The translations under genes were made by a program, and so were the position numbers. A model generated the notes under the pieces. The model did no database searches. It was not told the origin of the DNA and saw only the letters and a program-made list of their open reading frames with translations. A stretch of DNA of 62,149 nucleotides, filler included, from Dugesia japonica (taxonomy: Eukaryota), in NCBI GenBank assembly GCA_001938525.1. It is 6 parts of 6 records of this genome, joined end to end, with 100 filler letters (N's around TTAATTAATTAA, not from the genome) between each part and the next. Parts side by side here need not be neighbours in the genome. Positions count along the whole stretch, not along the records: positions 8,903 to 19,690 come from MQRL01593912.1; positions 19,791 to 31,277 come from MQRL01163728.1; 4 more parts are not named here. The stretch is one strand, 5' to 3'. Positions 13,124 through 25,378 of this stretch are shown here, in pieces (positions within the stretch are counted from its first letter, which is position 1; each line of letters starts with the position of its first letter).

Positions 13124-13576
13124 ATGATTACCAATATTAGTTACAGACGTGAAGTGTCGCAAGAACTAACAGAGAAAATGAGCTTTCTTACAGGCAAACC
13201 ATGACCATTTAAACTCAAAAGTGATAAATTTANNNNNNNNNNNNNNNNNNNNNNNNNNNNNNNNNNNNNNNNNNNNNNNNNNNNNNNNAAACCGCATGAT
13301 TTGAACCCTATGATATAAAAGAATTTACAATTACAATCGCTAACAATTGTCGTAAATATATGATTTTCAATAAATTTGTATAAATTAGTAAAAATAGTCA
13401 ACTGTTGGTACGAACCAGAGTTATTTCCTACTCTAAGATTTATAAAATATGACACTTTGAGTTTAAATGTGTTCTCAACAGGGAAACTAGTAATACTAAG
13501 AATTAAAAATTTGTATTTTCAGGGATATATGAATATCATTACTTCAGATTTGTTTAATTTGCTAATAAAAATTTAG
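13124..13576 (+). pseudogene. Compact divergent TATA-binding-protein-like gene (~150 codons, 3 in-frame stops, 56-N gap)
   Basis: One frame from ATG 13124: MITNISYR...LQLQSLTIVVNI*FSINLYKL...WYEPELFPTLRFIKYDTLSLNVFSTGKLVIL; YEPELFP and VFxTGKxV match the TBP core repeat (YEPELFPGL...IFVSGKVV). Confidence 0.8.
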
Positions 13577-13769
13577 ACATTTCGCTACACGGATGCACAA
13601 CATTTACAACTCAAGCACAAAAATATCAATTTAGATATTTAATTTTTAAATAATTAATATATTACGTTGTGGGTTTTGATTTCATATATAATATAATACA
13701 TTTCATTATTATTTCTTGTAATTTTAATAATGAATTCAACAATTATTGAAAATATAATGAAAATGAAAG

Positions 13770-14038
13770 ATGTTTTTGGTAAGAGAGGTTTGATTTTTAT
13801 TAAACTTTTAATTTTATTAGTAAATTTAATTTAGGAATGCTTAAAGGCATTGGAGAAACGCAGGAGGATTGACGAAGAACAATAACCAATGCTCCCCGAC
13901 TCTATTGTAAATCAGTACATAGCACCGGATTTTTGCACACCTGACTGTATCAGGTGTGCAAAGTTTAATCTGATGATTGCCATGGAGAACCATCTACCTG
14001 AATTGATCCAATATAATGACTATTTTTGTTATTATTGA
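13770..14038 (+). pseudogene. Small two-exon gene for an unknown ~70-aa protein with CxxxCxxC
   Basis: ATGTTTTTG|gtaag (13779) ... ttttag (13834)|GAA gives MFL-ECLKALEKRRRIDEEQ*PMLPDSIVNQYIAPDFCTPDCIRCAKFNLM...; AATAAA just after the stop; one in-frame stop. Confidence 0.5.
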
Positions 14039-14384
14039 TAAAAATAATAAATGTATTATTATTCAGTCTTTGATTTATTTATTTAGTTTTTTATTTAGTT
14101 GTTTTTAATAAAATTAACAAGATTTATTACGTAGAGATTTNNNNNNNNNNNNNNNNNNNNNNNNNNNNNNNNNNNNNNNNNNNNNNNNNNNNNNNNNNNN
14201 NNNNNNNNNNNNNNNNNNNNNNNNNNNNNNNNNNNNNNNNNNNNNNNNNNNNNNNNNNNNNNNAAATACTGTATAAATACCTTATAAGTAAATATTTTTA
14301 ATGAATCTATATGGTTTAAGAGTGTATTATTTGCGTAATTACCTTGTATTATTTACATAGAAATTTACATTATAAGATTTAAGA

Positions 14385-15050
14385 TTGGACCAAAGGATGC
14401 CGACATACAGTAGCCGTAAAATTTCATACTTTAATGTATACTGGACACTATTGTAGTTTACTGACACAGTAGCCGTAAAATTTCATACTTTAATGTATAC
14501 TGGACACCCATTGTGGTATACTGGACAATGAATGCCGTCACACGGTAGCTGTGAAATTTCACACTTTAACTGTGACATCTGACGTGTGAATTTTTTACCT
14601 TAATATAAACAGTAAACAATGATAACTAAGGTGTGAAAATTACACATGTGCTGTCAATTTTAACACATTAAATTAAAAATTAATTTTAATATTTTTATTA
14701 TATTTTAACCGGAGGAATTCAATTTTATTGTTTCTTAGTAGACATTTCACAGCAGAGTCATGATCATTCAGAACTTAATGTAAATTATGAATTGTTTTTT
14801 ACTCATCCCATATGCGATTTTCAAATTTACACCTGTAGTGTGATTATCACATATGAAGCGTAACCAGAGATGTGAAAAATCCATACCTTTGCTGTCAATT
14901 CTTTTTCACACTTTAAATTAAACAATTGAATTTTTTTCTTGTTTTTTAATCGCGCGAATTCAAATGTTACTGTTTTTTAGTGAATTATTACACATGAGTC
15001 TGAAACTTCCACACTTTATTATAAACTATGACTTTTACACATCTTGCATG
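14385..15050. repeat. ~60-bp tandem repeats followed by a ~240-bp diverged duplication
   Basis: GTAGCCGTAAAATTTCATACTTTAATGTATACTGGACAC twice plus a degenerate third copy; 14630-14800 resembles 14870-15040. Confidence 0.7.
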
Positions 15051-15449
15051 AAAATTATATAACGAGAAATCCATTATCAAATTATCAACTTTAAAATATA
15101 ATATTAAAAAAATCAATTAATTTAATTAAATATAATTTTTTTACATATAACAAATATCACATAATTCAATGTCTTTACAAATAGAAAATATCGGATAATA
15201 TACTGTCCTTTTCTATCTTCTCTTTCAAGATCGGAAATTCCTTTTTCTAAAAAAATATAGTGAACAAGATTTTATTTAATTCATTAAGATTTTATAATGT
15301 CCATAAGCCATGCTCATNNNNNNNNNNNNNNNNNNNNNNNNNNNNNNNNNNNNNNNNNNNNNNNNNNNNNNNNNNNNNNNNNNNNNNNNNNNNNNNNNNN
15401 NNNNNNNNNNNNNNNNNNNNNNNNNNNNNNNNNNNNNNNNNNNNNNNNN

Positions 15450-18170
15450 TTTTGTTCTTTACCATTTTCTTCATCGTCTTCATTGTATACCTTTAAATAG
15501 TTTTGATGTTGAATAGCAGTTTGCTTCAGATTAACTACTTTTGCTTTCATTGTTGTGGTAGAATCTTCCTTCTTTAAACTATAACATTTTGGTCTTAAAA
15601 ACACCAATTCCATATGGGTTTCTCTTTGGTCTTCATCCTTAAACAATCCGATTTGGTTGGCTACTTCACAATAATATAGTATATGATCTTTTGGATAATT
15701 GCTTGTGTCTAACAAACCATCTAATTTCATTTGTGCCAGGAGCTGGATTTTGTCTACTCCAGTGCAAGCAAAGAAAAATCTGTATGTATCCCCGGCAATG
15801 ATATCTATTTTACATTAAAAACGTTGACAATACATTTCCAGTTCTTGATATTGCAGCTGGTACATTCGCAGTTTACTTAGATCCAGCAACACTTGGCCAA
15901 TATAACTTGGTCGATTCAAGCAAATGTTCTCTTTATCCAGCAACACAGCTGTTAGTCCATCAGCTATATCTAACATCTTTTTAAAATGAACTTTGATAGT
16001 ACAAGTTACAAATTTCTTTTCATTATTACATAATCTAAAATTCATTCGCTTTTTCAAATTTTCCACTGTCTTATCATAAAGCGCACTATTTAAAAGCTTA
16101 TAAAATCCTATTCAAATTTAGTTTTTGATGCAACTCTTCTTGTAGAATTTGCATTGATGTAATTTACAAATATTTTAGGCGGTTTAAATTTCACTATTCT
16201 GTGAACGGTAGTTACACGAGCTCCCAGTTTTATCCTTGCTTGCACTGGAGTAGACAAAATTCAGCTCTTAGCACAAATGAAATTAGATGGTTTGTTAGAC
16301 ACAAGCAATTATCCAAAAGATCATAAACTATATTCTTGTGAAGTAGAATAAGAATATATAGCTTTAACAATTTCCAAAATATACGACATAGTGTTGTTTA
16401 GGCTTATGTGCCAACAGCAGTTTCCTCACTTTTGATCCAGGTGGGCATTTATGTTCCGGAGCTAATAGTAGCGAATCTAATGTAGCATGATTTTCTTTAG
16501 GTATTTCGAGATCAACTTCCAATAAATATCCAACATCAGAATTTTCATTTGCATATAAAATCTGTTGATAAATTTCTTCTACCTTATCTACAAATTCAAA
16601 GTCTTTAAATGCAAGTACTGTGTTAAGGCGCAACCGTATAAATTATTCGCATCTATATAAAGCAGAAAAGTCTTATCATCTGCCCGTACATAATGTCTGT
16701 TTACAAATGTCATTCCACCACGAATTCCGACTTCAAATAATTGATGCATTTTTGCATCCTGGAATAATTCTATTGACCTATCCATTGATTTGAGAGCACT
16801 TGACCAGTTCAATCCTGGTAATGAAACAAATCAAAGCAGCTCCTGCTCATGTTCTTTGAGTGCTTTTTTTCGAATTGTTTAAAATACATCAGCTAATAAA
16901 TAAATGTCTAACTTCATATAGTGCAACATATAGATTATTGCTTTTTGATTTCATCCAAGCTGACTTTGCCATTTCATATTCCTGATTTTATATTTCGGGC
17001 CATTGTTCAGGTAATTATTTTTAATTTGCTAGCATTTGATATAATGTAGCAAATTTTTATGGAAATACTCCTTTACAATGGTGTCCATTTGGAAATTCAG
17101 ACGACATTATCGGCCAACTTTCAAGAGTTGCAGTTAATGATGAGAGTGATATTTTTGTTGTTTGTGCAATCGGTTTGAGGTTCCAATGTTTGAATTTATT
17201 AAATGCATACTTAATAATATGATGTAAATCATAACCTTTGAAGTTATGAAATACAACAGGCACGTCCACCCGAATCTTGCGTAATTTATAACATTCATTG
17301 CATGCTGCTCCTATGAATTTTCCGGAAAGGTGATCATGATCACAAACCAGCGTTTTACCTCTATTCTTACACATGTAACAGTGTGTACTCTTCATAAATT
17401 TTTCTTGTTCTATTGTTGTGATAATCATGTTTTTATTCATATTTTTCTTGTACTAGTGTGCTAATTTATTTTTCACTAACTGCTCTGCAGAAATTCCACC
17501 ATTTAATTCTCGCCAGAAAACGAATAGTATTCACTTGGTTTTCTTGCATCCAGTATTGGTATTAATAGAAATCCGACAGCTATTGGAACATGTTTAACTA
17601 AACCAGTATCATCCAGTATTAGAATTGCTTCTGTATCAGCATATATCACAAATGCTGGTGTCATTCTTTTTCCATAATCCTTGAATTTCAATTCTTTCTC
17701 TTCTAGCATTGTTGTTTTCTCATTTATTTGACTACATAAAGCCATATATTGATTAAATGTAGACTGTGAATAAAATTCATGCAGATATTTTGTGAACCAT
17801 TTTCTCTGCATTCGACATTTTATTGACTGAACATGTAAATTTAACAATCTATTCAAATTTACTACACCTGTATAATGGTAATTCGAAAAATTATATCCAC
17901 ATATAGATTTTTATATAAAATTTCGTTTTTTTAAATCCTCTTTATTGATTTGTTTATTACATTTGAATACAGTTATTGCCAGGTTATTTTGTTTTTCAAA
18001 TTTCGGAATATTGATGAGCTTCGTCGGTATCTTCTACTCATCATATTTTTATTCATTTAAAAAGCATTCATTTATGTGGACGATGACGATTATTCTTGAC
18101 TACATCATATTTTAACCCTGCTAAAATACTGTACATAAAGCATTTATTATCTTTATTCTAAACATTAATG
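15450..18170 (-). pseudogene. polB: Polinton-type protein-primed family B DNA polymerase with endonuclease-VII-like Zn insertion, frameshifted
   Basis: In order: NKDNKCLMYSILA, IYADTE (ExoI), CYMC...DHDHLSGKFIGAACNEC, VFHNFKGYDLH (ExoII), IRGG, YIDANNLYG (motif A), KLLNSALYDKT (B), AGDT (C), IGLFKDE, LRPKCYS. Confidence 0.93.
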
Positions 18171-18689
18171 ATATATATATATATATATATACAGAGAGAC
18201 ATTTTCAATATTATCAATAACATTATATTATCATTATTATTTATTAAAACAATTCAATACAATTTTTAATTATCATTACTTTTTAAATTTTATTCATTAA
18301 CACTGAAAGAGAGACCACTCATTAATATTATCATTATTGTTTCCATGCTTATTACTATTATGATTACTCAGACTATTTTTAATAATTTTATACAAACAAA
18401 TATGATTATTGTTACTATTATTAATTTGTTTCAATGCTTATTAACATATTATTATTATTACTCGAATAATTATAAATAATTTTATAAAATCAAGTAAGAA
18501 TAGAAAGAGTTAAATGAACGCAGATTTATTTAATTGTGAATAAACAATAAGTGAACAAATATTAATCGTCTAGTTTTCATAATCACTCTCAAATTCTATT
18601 TTGTTTTATAATATATATATTACAAATATATTACGAAATATATTAAAAAACCATGATTAGACTACTCAAATGATTAATCCATGTCTGAA

Positions 18690-19690
18690 ATTGCGATGTA
18701 ATTGGTTTCTTCGTCGTCATCATGAAAGTCAGAGCTTAATGATCTGTTCTAAGAGTAAATCTTTTACCGAACAAGTAATGTTTGAAATGCATACAGAAAT
18801 AATAAACAGCCCATAACTCCTTTCGTGTATTGTAGTATCCCTTTTCAAGACTTGTTATTGAGTGTGATCCATTAGCAACAACTATTTCTAGTCCTTCTTT
18901 ATCAGAAAGGCTTGTCTCTTCGTTACTGCATTCAAGTGTCTTAAATCTGAACATATTCTTATGTCTTCTTTTCCTTTTTACAAACACAGATCAATGGGGT
19001 ATTCCATGGAGAGTTGCATTTCCTGGATAATATTATTCTTGAAAAGGATTTGGATATCTTCTTCAATTTTAGACTCAAAGTTTATTAGCTGTCTATACAG
19101 TTTTACATTGATTGGTTCACCACTTGTGATAATTTTGTGCCTTGTCCTACATATGCGTCCTACATCCCATTTATCTGCCATTAAAGCATCTTCTTTACTT
19201 TCAATCATTTTTAATAATCTTTGATCTTCTTTAATCTTCAAAATATTTAAGGCTCTTGTCAATCGCTCTCCTTTTATAATTTTTCTTCCAAATTTCGTTT
19301 CAATATTGCAAATGTAATTTTCGACTTTTTCATTCGTTTTGCTATCGACCTTTCGCATAAGCTGGTATCCAANNNNNNNNNNNNNNNNNNNNNNNNNNNN
19401 NNNNNNNNNNNNNNNNNNNNNNNNNNAACTAAGAAAGTAATCTCTTTGCAAACTTCATCAATTATCACTCCGGTTCTAACTTTCCTAACAATTTCAAGTG
19501 TACTATTATTTGCACAACGCAATCATTCTAACTTTACTTCTCGTAGTTTATTAAAAAAACTCAAAATCATAACTTTAATTCAAGCCCCTGTATCTAATAT
19601 AAATTCAACTTTATTTCCTTGAATTGATACCGTTACACTTGGTCTGCCTTGCAATTTATGGTAAGAAATATTTGTTTTTTTTTCTGATTC
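18690..19690 (-). mobile_element. Ty3/Gypsy fragment (protease, RT start, RNase H) with internal deletion
   Basis: LDTGA; KELWAVYYFCMHFKHYLFGKRFTLRTDH; same family as 5047-6900. Confidence 0.85.
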
Positions 19691-19790
19691 NNNNNNNNNN
19701 NNNNNNNNNNNNNNNNNNNNNNNNNNNNNNNNNNTTAATTAATTAANNNNNNNNNNNNNNNNNNNNNNNNNNNNNNNNNNNNNNNNNNNN
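19691..19790. other. Artificial scaffold linker
   Basis: 44 N + TTAATTAATTAA + 44 N. Confidence 0.97.
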
Positions 19791-21349
19791 ACTATCTCTC
19801 GATTTTATCGTTACATTGTGATCGATTCCGTATCTCTTGCACATTTCTTTAAACTTATTTGGTATAAATTGTCTACCGTGATCAGTAATTATGATCTCTG
19901 GTAGGCCAAACCTACTGATCCACACTTTTTAGACTACGTCTACAATCATTTTTGTTGTTATCTCATTTAATGGTCTGACTTTAAGCCAAGATGTTTCAAG
20001 ATCCAATATCTTCAGAATGAATTGCTTTCTTTCACATTGAGATAGAAATTCGACAATATCAATGTGCATCACTTTGAACCGTCCTAATTCTGAAAGATGT
20101 TTTAATGTGGGATTGCGTATGATGTGTTATTGTTTATTCTCGGATGTCCGATTTTATATTTTATCATACGTAGCGAACTCGAATAAGATCTGTTGTTTTC
20201 TTCGCCCCTGGATGCGCAATGTTGTGCAATCTGTCAAACTCAGTCTTTCTGTTCCGTGTTGGTAGCAAAATTCTGTNCTGTGTTGAATTATCTNTCAAGA
20301 TGCTGTCGATCTCTTATTTTTAGTGGGTAACATTTTCTGAGTGAATCGTCTGATTCTTGTTACTTGATCAATTCATCCTTTGTTATTGGAAATATTTTCG
20401 CTTCAGATAGTTCTCCTGGAATTATAAATAAGAAGTCAGATACGAGTTTTTTGATCCTTTCACGTATTTGAGCTCTAATGAGAATTGGCTGATAAATGCA
20501 ATATAACGCTATTGCCTGATTGTTGGGATTTTTATTGATTAGATATATATTAGTGGTTTGTGATCTTTTAAAATTGTGAGTTCGCTGCTTTCTAAATAAT
20601 GTTTAAAATTCTTGATTGGTAGATAATGGCTAAGAGTTCACGATATATCTGTGTTCTGTCTTGTTTAATTTTCTTAAGAAAAATGTGATAAGAGCAAGTT
20701 TATCGTTGACTATGTGATTCAGACTTGTACCAACTGCGATGTTTGATGCATCCGTTTGTATTATTATCGTTTTTTTGAATCAGGTGGAGTCATAATTGTA
20801 ATTCGATTTAGTGCTGCTTTGATATCTGATAAAGCTTTTTCATGCTCTAATATCCATTGTAGCTTTCTGCGATTATTGTTTGACGATGCTAACAGATTAC
20901 GAAGAGGAGCCATTGTTTCGGAGAGATTTGAGTAATCCATTATGGGAATGTGGCTGCTCCTAAAAATCTTCTTACCGATACGACAGTGGTTGGTGATGGA
21001 CAGTCTATTATCACATTGATAAGAGTTTTGATTGGTTTTACTCTTTGTGAAGATATACTGAATCTAAGAAAATCAACAGACGTCAATCTGAATTTTCTTT
21101 TGGTTTTATTGATTTTTAGATTTCCTCTCGTCAGAATTTCTTTAATAGTTTTTAAATGAATTTCATGGTCGCCGATTGATTTGGAGAGTATGATGATATA
21201 AACATAGCATGTTGCGAAGCTTTCTATGTGGTGAAGAATTGAGTCTATGTATCACTGGAACATTTGTGAGGCATTTCGGAGTCCTAACGGTATCCTTGTA
21301 CATTCAAAAAGACTAAAATGCGTGAAAATCGCTGTTTTTTGAATATCCT

Positions 21350-21512
21350 CTTGATTGTTTTACCATTGCAATTATTGCGAGAATAATTGTTGGACGTAAC
21401 CATTGATCGTTATAAAAAGTCAATTCCTGAAGAAGACAAAGTCTAAAAAAGAATTCTTTTCAAAATCTAAAAAACCAAATTTTGATCGAAGCTTTTATTT
21501 AAAATGAATTTT
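21350..21512 (+). mobile_element. Penelope pLTR-like insertion with hammerhead relic inside Gypsy RT
   Basis: CAATTC-CTGAAGA-AGACAAAGTC... and ATTTTGATCGAAGCTTTTATTT match 36877-36975. Confidence 0.6.
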
Positions 21513-22335
21513 CTGGACTGATGAATCTTCGTAGTAAGCCTTCTCCAGGTGGATTGTCGAAAATATGGAGCTGTTTCCCTAATGATCTAGAAAATTGGAG
21601 ATACGAGGTAATGGATACCGGTCGGGAATGGTAACTGCATTCAGTAGTGGGTAGTCACCGCATGGGTGATAGGTATTATCTTTCTTTCTGACAACAACCA
21701 AGGGAGATTCCCAGGCGTTTGTGCTTCTTCTGATAATTTCTTTTTCTAGAAGCTTGTAGAATTCATGACAAACTGTTTCAAGCATTGTTCCAGCTAGTTG
21801 TCAAGATTTTTGAGATAAAAGTGGTTCCAATTGTCATGATTCGAAGTTCTCGTTTGTGTTGTAGATTATAATTTTGCGCTGCTCTATTGGAATAATCATT
21901 CTTTCGTGATCCTTGTGCTGTGTTGTTGTTGAAAATTCGATTCCCTCGACAGTCTATTATGATGCCATAATGTCTGAAGAAGTCTGGTCCAAATATCGGT
22001 TGATGAACGTCTACGATAAGGAATGTCCACCAATGAATGGAAGTCCAACGATGTTAAATTACAAAGTGCGTTGTTCCCAAGTTGAAAATTTATTACCTCC
22101 AGCTGAAATTAGTTGTTTGGTCGTTCCACATTGATCGGTGTGAAATTGCTTGGCAGGTAGAATACTAACGTCTGCTCATATATCGATTAGAAAATTTATT
22201 ACCTTATTAATTTGCAGGAACAGTGAATATTATAGAGATGAGTTCTGGTTTAGGAGTTATAGGGTTCTCAATCACCAGAATTATTGAGAACCTTTGTCGT
22301 TTCCATGAGTTTTTTTAGAATTCCAATCACTTGGT

Positions 22336-24454
22336 TAGTGCATCCAGTACCGGTAATACCGATACCGGTATACCGGTATTACCGGACTTCTTTCTGGTAC
22401 CGAAATACCGGTATTAGGTTGGCTTAATAATGGTATTTAGGTATTGGATCAAAAAAATATATACAACAGTGCCAAGTATGCTCATTGTGAGATACAATAT
22501 TATTGATTAGTTTGAGTTTTTCAAAATAAATTATTTTTAAGGATTATGATTTTAAATTAGTGTATTAAATGTTTTTTTTAAAAATAATGTTGTTTAAATA
22601 TTAGACATTTTTTGAGTTTTTTTAAAATTTTATTTGTAAATTACTTTCATTAATTATTTTAAGAATTATCTATTTATTTGAATTGATTTTTTGTATTTAT
22701 TTGTAAAATAAGATTTTTATATTGTTAACTTAAATGTTAGTAGGTAGATAGTAGCACAAGGGCACAATTTGGCAATGAGCCAAAATTCGGGCACAATTAT
22801 TTTTAAGCAGTTATCGAGCCCTCTCCTCCCCTCCCCCCGGGACGGCTCGGAAACACATTACGCTTGAGCTGCATTTTTTAATCATGATTTTTGTGATCGA
22901 TTTTTTTTTCTAAGATTTTTTTGATCGGATCAAAATTTTTTTTGATCTGATTAGTTTTTTTATCCTGAAGGTGTGTGTGTGTGTATTTTTAAATTTTAAA
23001 TTTTCTGTGTGTTTGAGTTGTTAAGGTGATTTTTAAAAAGTAGATGTGTTTGTGTGTGTGTAAAAGACTGGAAAAAACGAGGAGGCGTAGCTGGAGATCT
23101 TTGATATAATTTTTTGGGGATTTTGAAGATTTATTTGTTGTTGGACAAAAAATTTATCACAGCGCAAGAATTCACTTTTATTGACAATTCCGATTGAAAT
23201 TCATTCAAATAAATACGTTAACGTTAGTATCTTTGCATTGAAATAGCAAGAATTTAATTTAAGAATAAATATTTTATGTCTAATGGAAAGTTTTATATTA
23301 GTCTATTATCCAGAAACTACCAACATTTCCCAAAAAGTATTCAAAGAGTTCAGCACCTGCGCACGAGTAGAGGGACTGACTGATAATTTGCAGCCGATAA
23401 TCGCTAAGGTTCGCACCGTTGTAAAATTGTTTTGCCGTTCTCAGACAAAAAATGATAAAACACTCCAAATATACACAGTAAACGAATTTGGTAAAGCCCT
23501 TCTCCGAATACTCGACTCCAAAATTCGTTGAAATAGTCTGCACACAATGTTGGAACGTTTCATGAAATTGAAAAATTGTATTTGCAAGTCTTTGATTGAC
23601 CTTGAGTCCAAAATTGAGATAACTGATAAGGAGTTTGACACAATTTCACCTTTTGTATCATGTCTTGCGCCAGTGAAATTGGCCATAGGAGCATTGTGCC
23701 GAAAGGATAAAACATGGTTGTCAGCCGATACAACACTAATGTTCATTGTAAATAACCATGGAGACACGGATAAAACTGTTAAATTGAAAGCTACATTAAT
23801 GCTACGAATAAATGAGCGACAGAGAACTTTTTCTAGTTTGCTGCAATATCTGCACAAAAGTAATCAACGATACTACTATTTGGATCCAGCACTGTCATTT
23901 GAGCACCTTAGAAAATCATCTATTGTAAATGCCAAAGTTTGAATGAATAAGCAATTCAATCAGCGAGCAGGTAAACTTCTTCTTTCGACTAGCGTTTTAT
24001 CTGATAGCGATTTTGTTGACAGTACTGCAAACTTGTCATTGAAAGAAAAGGTTGATGTGGAAATTTTGAATGATAAGAAGTGAAAAAATAAAGGAAGATT
24101 GAACGTTTCGAGAGATTTATCAAAAACAATCCGCGAGGAAATTGTAGTTTTCGAAGAAGGAGGAACTCGTGGAGCATATTTGCGAAATTCCTACGAATAC
24201 TTGAAAACTGTGAAACTGAATGACCTTTGTTTCTTACAGGCATATTTTACAAAGGAGAAAAAAGCGCAAAATGAAAACAAATCCGTAATTTTAATATTTA
24301 ATATTTTTTATTGAATCACTGTAAATTATTACTATTTACTTGAGATATTAATCATGTTTTAATTTTTTAAGTTTCAATACCGGTAATACTGGTATTGAAA
24401 ATTTTCAGTTTCGAAATACCGGTATTAAAAATATAGCCGGTATTGGATGCACTA
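22336..24454 (+). mobile_element. hAT DNA transposon, internally deleted, with transposase remnants (23283-24230)
   Basis: TIRs TAGTGCATCCAGTACCGG / CCGGTATTGGATGCACTA; 8-bp TSD CACTTGGT / CACATGGT; ATACCGGTA subterminal repeats; LILDSKIR*NSLHTMLERF = hAT TRWNS motif. Confidence 0.92.
22739..23100 (+). mobile_element. Polinton-like left terminus nested in the hAT element
   Basis: AGTAGGTAGATAGTAGCAC start, then C-rich run at ~22820; right boundary unknown. Confidence 0.55.
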
Positions 24455-25160
24455 CACATGGTTCACGGTATTTTCTGGCTAATTTTTCATATTTGTAGTG
24501 GCAATAGCAAGTTCCATCTGTTGATATTGCTTTTGTTAGTGCACCCTTTTTAGTTAATTTATCTCATCTCGTAGTTGCTGTACTTCGTTTGAATTTGTTT
24601 GACTCGAGAATAAGTGTACAACTTGTGAAAATTCGATTTGCGCAGGTCTATCAGCCAAGTTATGCCAATGAGCAGTTTTCCTTGGAGACTAGATGAGGAT
24701 TGATATTTTAAGGCATAGCTTTTAACATCATGCTTTTGTCTGCATCTTTGTAATTAGGCTATATCTCTTGGAAGTGTCTGCGTAGTTGTCTAAGAAGATC
24801 TGGCGGGGAATTAGTATTCCAGAGGTTTGAGGAAATACATTTTATCCACATGATATGAGGTCGGTAGTTTGCTGATGCTGATTATAACTTCTCGAAGATC
24901 TGTATATGGTGTTTCGGATTTTGTATCTAACAATTCTTGAAAAGTTGTCAGGACTGCTGACTGTAAGTTGGAGATAAGATGGATGTACTTGAAATCTTCT
25001 TTTGATATTCTTGAAATCCTGAAGATTGCTTTAACTCTATGAAGCAGCTTGATGGGCATTCGAAGTATTGTGGGAATTTCGTAGTTATATGGTTGCCCTC
25101 ATACGAACCGCTTCTGACACTAGTGTTAGGTTCGTGTGGTTTAAAATCCATGAATACAAG

Positions 25161-25378
25161 TAGTACATACAATACCGGCTATATTTTTAATACCGGTATT
25201 TCGAAACTAAAAAATTTCAATACCGGTAATACCGGTATTTAAACTTAAAAAATGAAAACATGATTAATATCTCAAGTAAATAGTAAAAATTTACAGTGAT
25301 TCAATAAACTTCTTTATTTTATATAAAAATTATAGATTTATTTTTTTTCTTTTGTAAAATATGCCTGTAAGAAACCAA
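25161..25378 (-). mobile_element. Second, inverted copy of the right end of the 22336-24454 hAT element
   Basis: Reverse complement of ~24230-24454. Confidence 0.85.

Larger units (their letters stand above)
19791..25160 (-). mobile_element. Degenerate Ty3/Gypsy element (gag-PR-RT-RH-IN) interrupted by a hAT transposon and a Penelope pLTR
   Basis: IN WISRFGLPEIIITDHGRQF; RT WESPLVVVRKKD...CGDY.LLNAVTIPDRYPLP; gag fragments 24470-25100; PBS-like AGTGTCAGAAGCG at ~25110-25122, shared with the 47810-51613 element. Confidence 0.9.

Noticed and set aside
13124-13576. Host TBP gene
   Set aside because: Too divergent and short, no N-terminal extension or introns, contains stops; called TBP-like without a gene symbol
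17057-17440. Stand-alone HNH/endonuclease VII gene
   Set aside because: It is the usual insertion within the exonuclease region of Polinton pPolB
1808-18170. Penton and pPolB as one contiguous Polinton
   Set aside because: Separated by an artificial linker at 8803-8902
23441-23857. Antisense ORFs over TE genes (also 27134-27554, 48609-48998, 51701-52018, 58841-59119)
   Set aside because: Shadow frames of transposase/pol sequences with no independent support
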